A stretch of 64,000 nt of DNA, from positions 1 to 64,000 of the forward strand of contig CALCNX010000090.1 of assembly GCA_937899715.1 (NCBI GenBank), read 5' to 3'. The stretch is from an uncultured bacterium (GTDB taxonomy: Bacteria > Bacteroidota > Ignavibacteria > Kapaibacteriales > UBA4661). Under the pieces are notes generated by a model. It was not told the origin of the DNA. It worked only from the letters and a program-made list of their open reading frames with translations, and ran no database searches. Below, piece by piece: positions 19,830 to 30,004 of the stretch (positions are counted from its first letter, which is position 1; each line of letters opens with the position of its first letter). A program made the position numbers and the translations under genes.

Positions 19830-19894
19830 GCGGAATTTATTCCGCATTAAGTATGTACGCGGCTGACGAGAACAAAAGCGGAATAAATTCCGCA
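19830..19894. promoter_or_regulatory. Two copies of a perfect 16-bp palindrome GCGGAAT(TT/AA)ATTCCGC, 49 bp apart; candidate operator pair
   Basis: 19830-19845 and 19879-19894; intergenic, ~160-220 bp upstream of the secreted-protein gene start (19671). Confidence 0.4.
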
Positions 19895-19916
19895 TTCTCA
19901 ATGTCCAAGCTATTAA

Positions 19917-20828
19917 CTAGAATAAGAGTTCTATCGGAACAAGAACCGTTTCCTCTGCTGTCGCCGAGCGCATTGCACGACGATTGAGCAGCTTAACATT
20001 TAGTTTGATACCGATAGTACCACGCAAGGTTTTGCCCTTGAGGGAAACTTTGGGCAAGTTTTTGATTCCCATCGTCACAAGAAATACTCCCGCATCAAAA
20101 AAGCCCGAAATGCTCATAAATTCAGGCTTGAGGGCGCTATTAAGTTTTTCGTCAGCCTTATTGCCTGCAAAGAACTGAAGCCGTGTTTGTGAAGAGTCCA
20201 GTACAGGCTCGGCAACCTCCAAATCGTTCACCAGCGCCATGACAACACGATTTTTCTCGGCATCAACAGGCTTGGCAAAATCAACACGCAGCCCTTTGAT
20301 TGCAAAAGTGCATTCACCCGGCTTTGCCGTTTTCCCTTTGCCGGAGGTTGCTTCTATGCTAACCCGTGAGATGTTAAATGTTGGTGGAATCTGCTGTGTT
20401 TCATAAATATTCGACCACAAAAGCTGTTTCTCTGTGCCGGTCGCAGTTCGGTATAATTCTACTTCGACTTTTCGCGCATACCCTGGAATACGTTCCCCAA
20501 CAAAAGGCGTTTGGTACGGCACTTCTATGCGCTCATCGCCACTGAATTTGTAAGCGAGAAGAAGTTCACGCGCAGGAATATTTGCCTCAGTGGCAATGTC
20601 CGAAGAAAATCGAACATTGTCACCAAAATACAAAATTGTAGAACGAAGCGCAGAAGCGGCTTTCGGGGCAATCTTTTCCAGTTCTTTTCCCTGCCCGTAT
20701 AAATTCCCACAGAGTACCAACGACGACGACAATAAAATGAACAAAACACCAACGGTATGAAGAATTGATGCAAGTACTGATGTGCTCCAAAGTCTAATTT
20801 TTCGCATAACGTTGTGCGACAATATCAT
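19917..20828 (-). CDS. Hypothetical membrane-anchored protein
   Basis: N-terminal TM helix; 303 aa; no recognisable domain. Confidence 0.4.
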   Translation of the reverse strand: MILSHNVMRKIRLWSTSVLASILHTVGVLFILLSSSLVLCGNLYGQGKELEKIAPKAASALRSTILYFGDNVRFSSDIATEANIPARELLLAYKFSGDERIEVPYQTPFVGERIPGYARKVEVELYRTATGTEKQLLWSNIYETQQIPPTFNISRVSIEATSGKGKTAKPGECTFAIKGLRVDFAKPVDAEKNRVVMALVNDLEVAEPVLDSSQTRLQFFAGNKADEKLNSALKPEFMSISGFFDAGVFLVTMGIKNLPKVSLKGKTLRGTIGIKLNVKLLNRRAMRSATAEETVLVPIELLF

Positions 20829-20956
20829 GGAAAGTCAATAAATTCAAGCGCAATATAGCCACAAAAAAAGTGCAGCCCAACGCTTTTTCGCGCTTGACTG
20901 CACCCTGTAAACAAATATGCAACTTGTTACTCGCAGGCGCGAACATTCAACAAAAT

Positions 20957-22480
20957 CTAGCTCAGAATCGGTTCATTCGCCGGCTTCTCCATAAATGGCA
21001 GCCCGAAATCTTGACAAACCAATTTGTGCGTGGTCTCGGCGGTCATTAGTACGCCCGGTACGCCAGCGCCCGGATGGGTGCTAGTGCCAACAATGTAGAG
21101 ATTCGGCACATCTTCACTGCGGTTATGCGGACGGAAGTACGCTGTTTGCTGGATAGATGGCTCTACGCCCCATGCGCTGCCCAAATGGCTATTGCGGTCG
21201 CGCTTGAAATCTTCCGGCGTAAAGAGTTCCAGCACATCCAGATTTGCCCGTAAATCCTTCATGCCAAAATCTTCTTCGAGAAACTGAAGCACCTTATCAG
21301 CATACTTCTGCTTAATGTCGTCCCACTTCAGTCCCGATGCGAGATTGGCGACCGGAATGAGCACATACATACTCTCGCAGCCTTCGGGAGCCATGTCGCT
21401 ATCGGTGCGCGTCGGCACGTGGAGATACATTGAGAAGTCTTCCGGCAGAATTTTTTTGTCGAAAATATCTTTCACAAGCTCTTTGTAACGCTCCGAGAGA
21501 ATCAAGGTATGGTGCAGAAGTTCGGGATATTTCTTTTTGGTACCGATGTACATCAGAAAAGCACTCATCGAATAGTCCAGTTTCAGCACTTTCTTATCTG
21601 TCCATTTTTTGCGGTGTTCAGGCTTGAGAAGTTTCGTCTGCGTGTGCACAAAGTCTGCATTGGAGACAACTGCATCTGCGCCAAACACTTCACTACCCGT
21701 GCGGACACCAGTTGCACGACCATTCTCAACGATAATTTCTTCGACGGGAGAATTTGTTTTTATCGTACCGCCTAGTTCCAAAAATACTTTCTCTAATGCC
21801 TCCACAAACGCATACATACCGCCTTTAGCAAACCAAACGCCGCCGTTCTTCTCCAAATACGGAATCATCAAATAAATTGCCGGAGCACGGAAAGGACTTG
21901 CGCCAATAAAAAGCGGATGGAAAGAAAAAGTAAAACGAGTACGGAAGTCCTTGAAATAACGCTTGACAAACGTGTATGCCGGAAAAAGTGCGTTCAATTT
22001 CAGTGCCTTGGGCACAAAGCTGAAATACGTTCTCAAATCCATAAAGGGCGTTGTACCCAAGCCGTCGGTAATCACGGCATCATAGAGTTTGCGTGAGTCC
22101 TCAATAAAACGGTCGTAATTTGCAGCATCGTCCTTGTTGAATTTAGCAAATTCTTGGCGCATTTTGGCGCTGTCGCCCGTATAGTCAATGTAGGTTTTAT
22201 CGTGAAAGTAGATGCGGTAAAAAGGGTCGAGATAGGTCAAATCCAAGTAATCTTCCATCTTTCTGCCCGCAGCAGCAAATACCTTCTCAATCACATCCGG
22301 CGCAGTGATAAGCGAGGGTCCCATATCGAAAGTGTACCCACTTTTTTTCATTTGATACGCATGACCGCCCACGCGCTCATTTTTTTCAAATATCGTTACA
22401 TCAAAACCCTGCGCCTGCAAACGCACGGCAGCAGAAAGCCCGCCAAAGCCGGAACCGATAATAGCAATTTTTTTACGCAT
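20957..22480 (-). CDS. Phytoene desaturase-family (CrtI/CrtD-like) FAD-dependent oxidoreductase
   Basis: N-terminal Rossmann KIAIIGSGFGGLSAAVRLQAQGFDVTIFEKNERVGGHA; length 507 aa typical of CrtI family. Confidence 0.65.
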   Translation of the reverse strand: MRKKIAIIGSGFGGLSAAVRLQAQGFDVTIFEKNERVGGHAYQMKKSGYTFDMGPSLITAPDVIEKVFAAAGRKMEDYLDLTYLDPFYRIYFHDKTYIDYTGDSAKMRQEFAKFNKDDAANYDRFIEDSRKLYDAVITDGLGTTPFMDLRTYFSFVPKALKLNALFPAYTFVKRYFKDFRTRFTFSFHPLFIGASPFRAPAIYLMIPYLEKNGGVWFAKGGMYAFVEALEKVFLELGGTIKTNSPVEEIIVENGRATGVRTGSEVFGADAVVSNADFVHTQTKLLKPEHRKKWTDKKVLKLDYSMSAFLMYIGTKKKYPELLHHTLILSERYKELVKDIFDKKILPEDFSMYLHVPTRTDSDMAPEGCESMYVLIPVANLASGLKWDDIKQKYADKVLQFLEEDFGMKDLRANLDVLELFTPEDFKRDRNSHLGSAWGVEPSIQQTAYFRPHNRSEDVPNLYIVGTSTHPGAGVPGVLMTAETTHKLVCQDFGLPFMEKPANEPILS

Positions 22481-22671
22481 ACTCTCTAATGAAGGCTTAG
22501 TAGAAAATAAATATTGAGGAATGAAGCGCTCCGCATGATAAGCACATTTAAGTAGTGATGGTAAATGCGCCTTTGCGGCTCACCTCTTTCGCTCAACGGT
22601 GGTGGTTTTAGCGTTGAAGACGAATACGCTCTGATTTTCCTGTACATTTTCTTACTCCGCACTCTCTCAAA

Positions 22672-23199
22672 TCAATACGGCTTCTCGCCCATCATGTTCC
22701 CTGCGGGGTCGTAGTTCGCAACGATAATAGTCGCACCATTTTTGCAAACAGCTTTCCCAACGCCTATTTTCGTGGTTTTCGACCATACCATTTGTGTATA
22801 ATGACCGGTCTTTGACCAATTTTTACCATTCAGTTTCCCGCCTTTCCAGAATTTTTTCTCGCTGTACCAAGACTTACCTGCATCAATAACGGTGTATGTC
22901 TTTCCTGCGCCCCAGAAGACGTTTTCACCATACTTCTGCGCCCATTTACCGCTATTCGGTCGGTGCTGCATCGCACAGCCGCTCGTTGCGATATAGTTTG
23001 CCCATTCCTGCGCAAATGCGGCGAGTTCAGGCGACCATTCCAAGGGCGGCGCACCAACTTCTTTGCGAACAGTGTTGTGATAATCTACAATTTGCTGTGC
23101 TTCTTCAGCCGAGACAGTTTGAGCGGTTGCGGATTGTTGCAAGAGAGCAGCAAACGCCAGCATGGAAGCGGTAATGACGGTAATAAGATACTTTATCAT
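22672..23199 (-). CDS. Secreted CAP/SCP/PR-1-like domain protein
   Basis: GHYTQMVW CAP signature; signal peptide from internal ATG 23199. Confidence 0.6.
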   Translation of the reverse strand: MIKYLITVITASMLAFAALLQQSATAQTVSAEEAQQIVDYHNTVRKEVGAPPLEWSPELAAFAQEWANYIATSGCAMQHRPNSGKWAQKYGENVFWGAGKTYTVIDAGKSWYSEKKFWKGGKLNGKNWSKTGHYTQMVWSKTTKIGVGKAVCKNGATIIVANYDPAGNMMGEKPY

Positions 23200-23334
23200 A
23201 GCAGTAACAAGTATTTTACAATAGGACGTAAGTTCAAGAGCCACAATATACACAATTTGCCCATAGAATAACAACGCCCGATACTTCAAAGAAATATCGG
23301 GCGCTTTCTTATATCTCAATTGTGCTAAAGAGTA

Positions 23335-24726
23335 TTATTTATCCCACCAAACACGGTTAAAAATAGCACTTTGCTCAAGTGAACCGCCTGCAGCAGCCCA
23401 GTTGGTGGCGTTATACAACCGCTCGCTTTGTGAGTATGGTAAACGGCGCGGAATAGCGTTTCCGGTAGCCGGCTTAAGGGTCGGCAATGCAGTTCTACGC
23501 CAGTCCACCCACGATTCATTACTCATATACAGAGCAATATATTTTTGCTCCATGATACGATCCAGGGTAATAGCACCCGCTGGAACAACACTTGGCTGCG
23601 CTACATATGCGTCAATAGCTGTTGCTGCTATGGTACCATATGAAGTGCTGTTGTAAGTAGCCAAAGAAGCCCTGACTGCTGCGGTAAATGCAGTTTTTGC
23701 TGCATCTGCGTTTCCTTGTGCGAGATTTGCTTCTGCTTCAATAAATTTTTGCTCAGCATATGTACCAAGCAGTACAGGCGACCCCTGTGAAGCGTGAAAT
23801 TTTCCCAGCGCAGTACTATCACCACTGACAGTTTGTACAATAAGGGATTTACGAGGGTCGTTAAGTTTATTGAGCAAGGTCATAAAGTTCGGGTGAACAC
23901 GAATGTCTCCGCGCTGTGAGTCGAACTGATACAACGGATTTGCGTTGCTCGCTGCACCTTGTACGAACGTTACTTTCAAATCTTCGGAAGCCGATTGCAA
24001 GCCTTTTGCCGCAAACGTCAATGCTTGTTGCATTGCCTGTGTATTATTTTGTTTTGACAAGTGCAAAGCATAGCGAGCTTTCAGCAACCATGCTGCACGA
24101 ATCCAGCGTTGACGACCCGTAGCGCCACCGCCGTAGATAACGTCATCGGTAGCACCGGGAGAGAGTGAGCTTGTAGCAGCGCCCAAATCAACAATAGCTG
24201 CATCAAGTAATGACTGAATCTCCGTGTAGAGTGCCTCTTGCTTGTCGTATGGAACTTGAAGCAAGCCGTTACCTTGGAATGCTTTTGTATATGGAGCATC
24301 ACCAAAAGAATCAGTCAAATTACCGAGGCATGCTGCCATCAATACACGAGCGACCCCGCGATAGTGAGGGGAGTTGGTTTCCGTACCTTTGTCAATCATA
24401 ATCTTTAGATTATTCATGCAATTCTCGTACATATTGTTCCAGATGGACTCAGTATCACTTTCAAGAATCTTATACAGGTTACCAATTCCATCATGTTGGC
24501 GAACAATACCAAGATTGTGTTGGGTTAGGAGGCTGGAAAAACGATTTAAATTGCCGCCAAACGTGTAGCCGACGCTTACTTCTGCGCCTAAAAGAAGGTT
24601 GGTCAAAGCAGCGTCTGCCGGACTGTTGGGGTCAATATTCACCTTGGGGTCTATCCATTGTGAACATGACATAGTGACGAGTGCGACAATAGCTAGCGCA
24701 GCTCCGGAAATACGAAATTTTTTCAT
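23335..24726 (-). CDS. SusD/RagB-family outer-membrane lipoprotein
   Basis: Lipoprotein signal …LVTMSC; size and position immediately downstream of SusC-like TBDR. Confidence 0.7.
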   Translation of the reverse strand: MKKFRISGAALAIVALVTMSCSQWIDPKVNIDPNSPADAALTNLLLGAEVSVGYTFGGNLNRFSSLLTQHNLGIVRQHDGIGNLYKILESDTESIWNNMYENCMNNLKIMIDKGTETNSPHYRGVARVLMAACLGNLTDSFGDAPYTKAFQGNGLLQVPYDKQEALYTEIQSLLDAAIVDLGAATSSLSPGATDDVIYGGGATGRQRWIRAAWLLKARYALHLSKQNNTQAMQQALTFAAKGLQSASEDLKVTFVQGAASNANPLYQFDSQRGDIRVHPNFMTLLNKLNDPRKSLIVQTVSGDSTALGKFHASQGSPVLLGTYAEQKFIEAEANLAQGNADAAKTAFTAAVRASLATYNSTSYGTIAATAIDAYVAQPSVVPAGAITLDRIMEQKYIALYMSNESWVDWRRTALPTLKPATGNAIPRRLPYSQSERLYNATNWAAAGGSLEQSAIFNRVWWDK

Positions 24727-24777
24727 AATATTTCTATCCTCGAGAAATAGTTGGAGTTTCAAAGTTATTGTAAGACA

Positions 24778-27700
24778 TTAGAATCCGACACGAAGACCAA
24801 ATGTATAGGACTTTGTACCAGGATTATTAAAATAGTCCAAACCTTGAGCGTTATTTGCACCAAGCAAACTTGATTCAGGGTCAACACCTCTATAGCTTGT
24901 GCTTAACCACAGGTTTCTACCGGTAAAGAATACTTCAATATTCTTCACGATAGCAAGCGGTTCAGTAACAACTTTTGGCAAACGATAGCTTACTGTAATT
25001 TCCCGTAAGCGAATCCAGCTTGTACTTTCAGAAAGTGACTCGCCCATACCACTATTAAAGTTATTGTTGTAACCGTCCGTACCCCAGAAGGACTGACCGT
25101 AGTTACCGTTGGGACGTTTGAAGATAACTGTGGTGTTCGGCTTGCCATCGGCAGTTACACCTTGAGCAACGTTATTCACAAAAGTAACGCCATCGTATGT
25201 GCCATTAAGGTTAGCACGTGCGGCAGTTTCGATTCCAGTTCCAAAATAGTTAAGCGCACCACGAGTGCCATTCCACATAAATCCGCCTTGTTTGATATCC
25301 AACAATGCAGTAATGGAAAGCCCCTGCCAGCTCAGTTTAGGACGAATGCCCATGATAAAGTCGGGAGTTGCAGACCCCCATGCTGACTCTGCCGCATTTG
25401 TTTGCGGAAGTCCGTCGGCATCAATAATCAATTGCCCTTGAGCATTACGCAACCAACCAAGACCGTAGATTGAGCCATATGGCTTACCTGCAACGGCACG
25501 AAGAGAGCCGCCATTAAAACCACCTAAGAAGATATTATCAACACCTGGCGCTAATTCCTTCACCAGATTTGACAATGCTGAAAAATTCACTGACAAATCA
25601 AATTGGAAATCGCCAGGCGCTTCAGCACGTACAATTGTCGAGTTAAGAGCAACTTCAATACCTTTGGTTTCCATTGTACCAGCATTCACTACCCTTGTGT
25701 CATAGCCTGTTGATGTAGCGATAGGCACTGGGAGGATTTGATCTTTATTTGTTGTCTGATACACGGTAACATCAAGACCAAAGCGGTTCTGGAAAAATTT
25801 CAACTCAAGTCCGAGTTCGATTTCAGTTTTACTTTCGGGACGTAGCTGATCGCTTCCAAGCGTAGTGCCTTTTTTAAAGCTGGTTGTTCCGTTGAACGGG
25901 AAGGTAACACCATTAGTATAACCGTCGGCAACACTTGCCCGAACAAATGGTGTGGTTAAGTTGTAAATAGGCGCATCACTTCCACTTTGAGCGTATGATG
26001 CTCTAAGTTTACCATAGGGAAGTATTTCATTATCCTTAAAGAAAGCTTCTGAAAAGATGAAGCCCACGTCTACACCGCCATACATAAAGCTATTATTTTT
26101 CTCAGGCAAAGAAGTTGACCAATCATTACGCAGACTACCATTTACATACAACATATCCTTAAATTCAAATCCCAATTTAGCGAAGAGCGAACCTCTCCGC
26201 AGAATACCATCATACTGGAATACTGAATATGGCGCAACGTTCGATAGATGGTAGTAATCAGGAATAAGTAGACCGTCACCTCGGCTAAAAATATAGTTAT
26301 CAATTCGTTGATAGAGGTTATTACCAAGAATAAGTTTTGCACGAAAATCTTCGGTAATTCGCTTGTCAAGAGAAAGGATAAGGTCGGAATTCAAAATAGA
26401 AGCGCTCTCTCTATCAGCAACAACACGACCTGTCGGGAAGGAGGCAGCACCGATTGCAAAGTGCTGATCTATTTTGGTGGTGGTAAAGTCTTCACCCAAG
26501 CGATACGTAATGCTAAGGTCACCCAAAATGTCTTTCAGGAACCAATCTGCCTTCGTATACTTTAATTCCAGCGAACCGGTCAGACGGCTTACCTGTTCGG
26601 TCAGAGGTTGTTGATTAACAACCCAATATGGATTGTCGTATGTACCAAAACCACGATAGGAGCGCTGACGACCGGCAATACTTGCACCGTTAAATGATGC
26701 ACCTGCCGGAAACTTGTAGGTATTCGGGTCGGTAGGATCGCTAAGACCATTGGAATTATCAAATGTTGGTGGTGTCCGAAACAAGCCAAGTGTAACACCT
26801 GATGTATTGGAACCACGCTCAATACGTGTAGCATCCGAACCTGTGTATTGAATATTCGCAGCAACAGAAAAATCATCAAACATATTATACGTAGCATTAA
26901 CGCGGAATGTACCTTTGTTGTATGCTGAATTAGGGACAACACCCTTACTGGAGAGCAACGATGCAGATGCAAAATATGTAGCTAAGTTGCTACCACCGCT
27001 AATGTTAAGATTATGCTGCTGAGTAATACCGGTTTGATAGAATTTATAGCGGTCATATGGTGTTACGGGAATGGAGTTGGGGTAGAGTGCTTTCTGAGAA
27101 GCTCCTACGATACTTCCATTCTTGTCCCATGGGTAATCAGTTTTTGTCCAAATTAATGTGTCTATCCTTGCGCCCCATGAGGTCGAAGTTCCACTGTTTG
27201 GCAAAGCAAGGTTACCATTTGCGCCTTGCGAGTAGGTGGTTTGTAATTCCGGCAATTTATTTACTTGCTCATATCCAAGAGAATAGGAGTAGTTGATGCT
27301 TGCTTGTGAGCCTTCTTTACCTTTTTTCGTGGTAATAACAATAGCCCCCGGTGATGCCAAAAGACCGTATAGTGTTGTTGCCGCAGCACCTTTAAGGACG
27401 TTAATAGACTCAATGTCATCAGGATTTAAGTCCATAGCACGGTTTCCAAAATCCACGCTATTCGTTGTACCCGAACCATATGCACCGTTACCTGCATCGT
27501 TGCTCATAGGAATACCGTCAATAACGAAAAGCGGTTGATTATTGCCCGTAATTGACGATGTACCGCGAATCTTAATATAAGAAGAACCACCGGGTGAACC
27601 GGAAGAGCTACTCACTTGAACGCCTGCAATTTGACCGGCAAGTGCATTCACAACGTTTGGTTGGCGCCCCTGCTCAAGAACATCTCCCTTTACCTCCTGC

Positions 27701-28074
27701 ATAGCGTAAGAGATAGCTTTTTTCTCCTGCTTGATACCGACCGCTGTTACAACGAGTTCCTCAAGCAACATCACGTCTTCAGCAAGAGCAACATCCAGAT
27801 TTTCGCTCGAAATAGCGACTTCTTTTTTCTTGAAGCCGATATATTCAAACACAAGCGTTTTAGCATCCGAAGGTGCAGCGATTGCATATGTACCATCCGC
27901 TTTTGCAAACGAACCACGATTACTGCCTTTAACGGTGACTTTCACGCCGCCGAGGGCTTTTTTGGTAGCGGCATCTGTTACCTTACCGGTAATAGTCCGT
28001 ACCTGTGCTGAAGCGAAGGCAAAGGAGCAAAGCACCATTACCACCGCCAAAGAAATGCGTAGCATATTTTTCAT
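24778..28074 (-). CDS. SusC/RagA-family TonB-dependent receptor
   Basis: N-terminal carboxypeptidase-regulatory-like domain (ITGKVTDAATKKALGGVKVTV), plug domain, ~1100 aa barrel, C-terminal …TFGLRVGF; start at ATG 28074 gives signal peptide. Confidence 0.8.
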   Translation of the reverse strand: MKNMLRISLAVVMVLCSFAFASAQVRTITGKVTDAATKKALGGVKVTVKGSNRGSFAKADGTYAIAAPSDAKTLVFEYIGFKKKEVAISSENLDVALAEDVMLLEELVVTAVGIKQEKKAISYAMQEVKGDVLEQGRQPNVVNALAGQIAGVQVSSSSGSPGGSSYIKIRGTSSITGNNQPLFVIDGIPMSNDAGNGAYGSGTTNSVDFGNRAMDLNPDDIESINVLKGAAATTLYGLLASPGAIVITTKKGKEGSQASINYSYSLGYEQVNKLPELQTTYSQGANGNLALPNSGTSTSWGARIDTLIWTKTDYPWDKNGSIVGASQKALYPNSIPVTPYDRYKFYQTGITQQHNLNISGGSNLATYFASASLLSSKGVVPNSAYNKGTFRVNATYNMFDDFSVAANIQYTGSDATRIERGSNTSGVTLGLFRTPPTFDNSNGLSDPTDPNTYKFPAGASFNGASIAGRQRSYRGFGTYDNPYWVVNQQPLTEQVSRLTGSLELKYTKADWFLKDILGDLSITYRLGEDFTTTKIDQHFAIGAASFPTGRVVADRESASILNSDLILSLDKRITEDFRAKLILGNNLYQRIDNYIFSRGDGLLIPDYYHLSNVAPYSVFQYDGILRRGSLFAKLGFEFKDMLYVNGSLRNDWSTSLPEKNNSFMYGGVDVGFIFSEAFFKDNEILPYGKLRASYAQSGSDAPIYNLTTPFVRASVADGYTNGVTFPFNGTTSFKKGTTLGSDQLRPESKTEIELGLELKFFQNRFGLDVTVYQTTNKDQILPVPIATSTGYDTRVVNAGTMETKGIEVALNSTIVRAEAPGDFQFDLSVNFSALSNLVKELAPGVDNIFLGGFNGGSLRAVAGKPYGSIYGLGWLRNAQGQLIIDADGLPQTNAAESAWGSATPDFIMGIRPKLSWQGLSITALLDIKQGGFMWNGTRGALNYFGTGIETAARANLNGTYDGVTFVNNVAQGVTADGKPNTTVIFKRPNGNYGQSFWGTDGYNNNFNSGMGESLSESTSWIRLREITVSYRLPKVVTEPLAIVKNIEVFFTGRNLWLSTSYRGVDPESSLLGANNAQGLDYFNNPGTKSYTFGLRVGF

Positions 28075-28639
28075 AACTACAAAATGAATTGGGGTGAAAC
28101 ATAATGTGATAGAATTGAACCGTTCTACCACAAAGGTTTGGGGTCGTAGGAAGAAAAAAAGTCCAAAACAACGCTGAAGCATAGATTTTAACGAGTATTT
28201 GCGATAATATATTGGCAGCGTTTAACACTAATTAACATTAAGAATTTATATAAAGTCGAAACTTTTTTAGGAACAAGCCGTAATATTGCATTTTTTTTAT
28301 CTCTTGACCAAAAAATTTCGCGCCAAGCGTACATTTCTAAATGTTAATTTGTATTTCTCACGCCCTGTGAAAAAGAATGGATGCCATTACTGAACTGAGA
28401 AATAAACCTTGGGCTACCGAGCTGTTCGGCGAGAATCGTGATTGACAAACAATAGATTTGTTCACGAGCAAACGGCTTTTTTTGCGTACATCTCCACTTT
28501 TTTTGCTAGTTTTGTAGGCTGTGTGTGTTTGTACAACTTTTTAGCGAAACAACCATTTGTACTTGTACACTCTTTCTTTCCTCAACACACTCACGCGACG
28601 AATTCAATTCTTTTACCCAAATCTCTTTGTAGGCACACG

Positions 28640-30004
28640 ATGCAATATTTCGCAACGATTCTCGATATGATAGGCTCTACGCCCCTTCTGCGTCTCAATC
28701 GCGTTACCGAAGGTATCCAAGCAACTGTACTCGTGAAGATGGAAAGCCGCAATCCCGGCGGCTCCGTGAAAGACCGCATCGGCGTTGCGATGATAGAAGC
28801 TGCCGAAAAAGACGGGCGTTTGAAGCCGGGCGGCGTGATTATTGAGCCGACAAGCGGCAATACCGGCATCGGGCTTGCACTGGCAGCACGTCTCAAGGGC
28901 TATAGCTGCCTCTTTGTAATGACCGAAAAAGCATCGGTTGAGCGTGTGCGCTACCTCAAAGCCATGGGTGCCGATGTGATGATTGTGCCCTCAGCCGCAA
29001 AATCAAGCTCACCGGAATACTACTTTAACACGGCAAAACGTCTTGCCAGTGAAATTCCGAATGCAGTCATGCTAAACCAGTACGATAATCCCGCAAACCC
29101 TGATGTTCACTATCGCACGACCGGTCCCGAAATTTGGAAAGACACTGACGGGAAAGTGACGCATTTCATTGCCGGAATGGGAACGGGCGGTACTATCACG
29201 GGGACAGCGCGGTATTTGAAGGAACAGAACCCGAATATAAAAGTTATTGCCGCCGACCCGCTCGGTTCCTCCATTAAATCTTTCAAAGACACCGGACGCT
29301 TGGTGGAGTCCCTGCCCTACCTCGTCGAAGGCGTAGGACAGGAACGCATTCCGGGCAATCTTGGTCTCAATTTGGTGGATGAGGTGCTGAACATTACCGA
29401 CAAGGATTCATTCACCATGGCACGCCGCTTGGTGCGCGAAGAGGGCTTGTTTTGCGGTGGCTCATCCGGTATGAATATCGTGGCTGCGCTGCGCGTGGCA
29501 AAGCTCCTCCCGAAAGAAGCCGTTGTCGTGGCTATTGTCTGCGACACTGGTGAGCGCTATTTGTCGAAGCACCATTCCGATGAGTGGCTGAAACAAAACA
29601 AGATGCTCGACGTTGACCGCATGACGCTCAAAATGCTTCTGGAAGAAAAACATTCCTCCAAAACGCTGCCTCCGCTTGTTTCTGTCAAGCCCGCAGCACT
29701 TCTGAAAGATGCTCTCGACCAAATGAATAAATACGAACTCTCCTCCCTACCGGTGCTGGATGATGCTGGCAAACCCGTTGGAAGCGTCCGCGACAATCGC
29801 CTCATGGCGCGAGTGTTAGAAGACCGCAATGCGCTGGATGCGCCGATTACCGATGTGATGGAAGAACCAATGCCAGTCTTGGATGCAAATACTGATGTCA
29901 AAGAAGGTATTGAGCGTTTACGTCAGTATCCTGCCGTTTTGGTCGGCGATTTTGGTCGCATTATCGGTCTTGTCTCACGGCACGATGTACTTCGCTATGC
30001 GTAA
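28640..30004 (+). CDS. Cystathionine beta-synthase-like enzyme (CysK/CysM PLP fold + tandem CBS domains)
   Basis: PLP-lysine region SRNPGGSVKDRIG, GTGGT glycine loop, C-terminal CBS pair; long N-terminal ORF extension rejected. Confidence 0.7.
   Translation: MQYFATILDMIGSTPLLRLNRVTEGIQATVLVKMESRNPGGSVKDRIGVAMIEAAEKDGRLKPGGVIIEPTSGNTGIGLALAARLKGYSCLFVMTEKASVERVRYLKAMGADVMIVPSAAKSSSPEYYFNTAKRLASEIPNAVMLNQYDNPANPDVHYRTTGPEIWKDTDGKVTHFIAGMGTGGTITGTARYLKEQNPNIKVIAADPLGSSIKSFKDTGRLVESLPYLVEGVGQERIPGNLGLNLVDEVLNITDKDSFTMARRLVREEGLFCGGSSGMNIVAALRVAKLLPKEAVVVAIVCDTGERYLSKHHSDEWLKQNKMLDVDRMTLKMLLEEKHSSKTLPPLVSVKPAALLKDALDQMNKYELSSLPVLDDAGKPVGSVRDNRLMARVLEDRNALDAPITDVMEEPMPVLDANTDVKEGIERLRQYPAVLVGDFGRIIGLVSRHDVLRYA

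Noticed and set aside
28442-28639. Long N-terminal extensions given by the ORF track (CBS enzyme from 28442, CAP protein from 23319, SusC from 28182, bestrophins from 36701/41081, WG-repeat protein from 3295)
   Set aside because: Internal ATGs give proper signal peptides or family-typical N-termini and remove overlaps with neighbouring genes.
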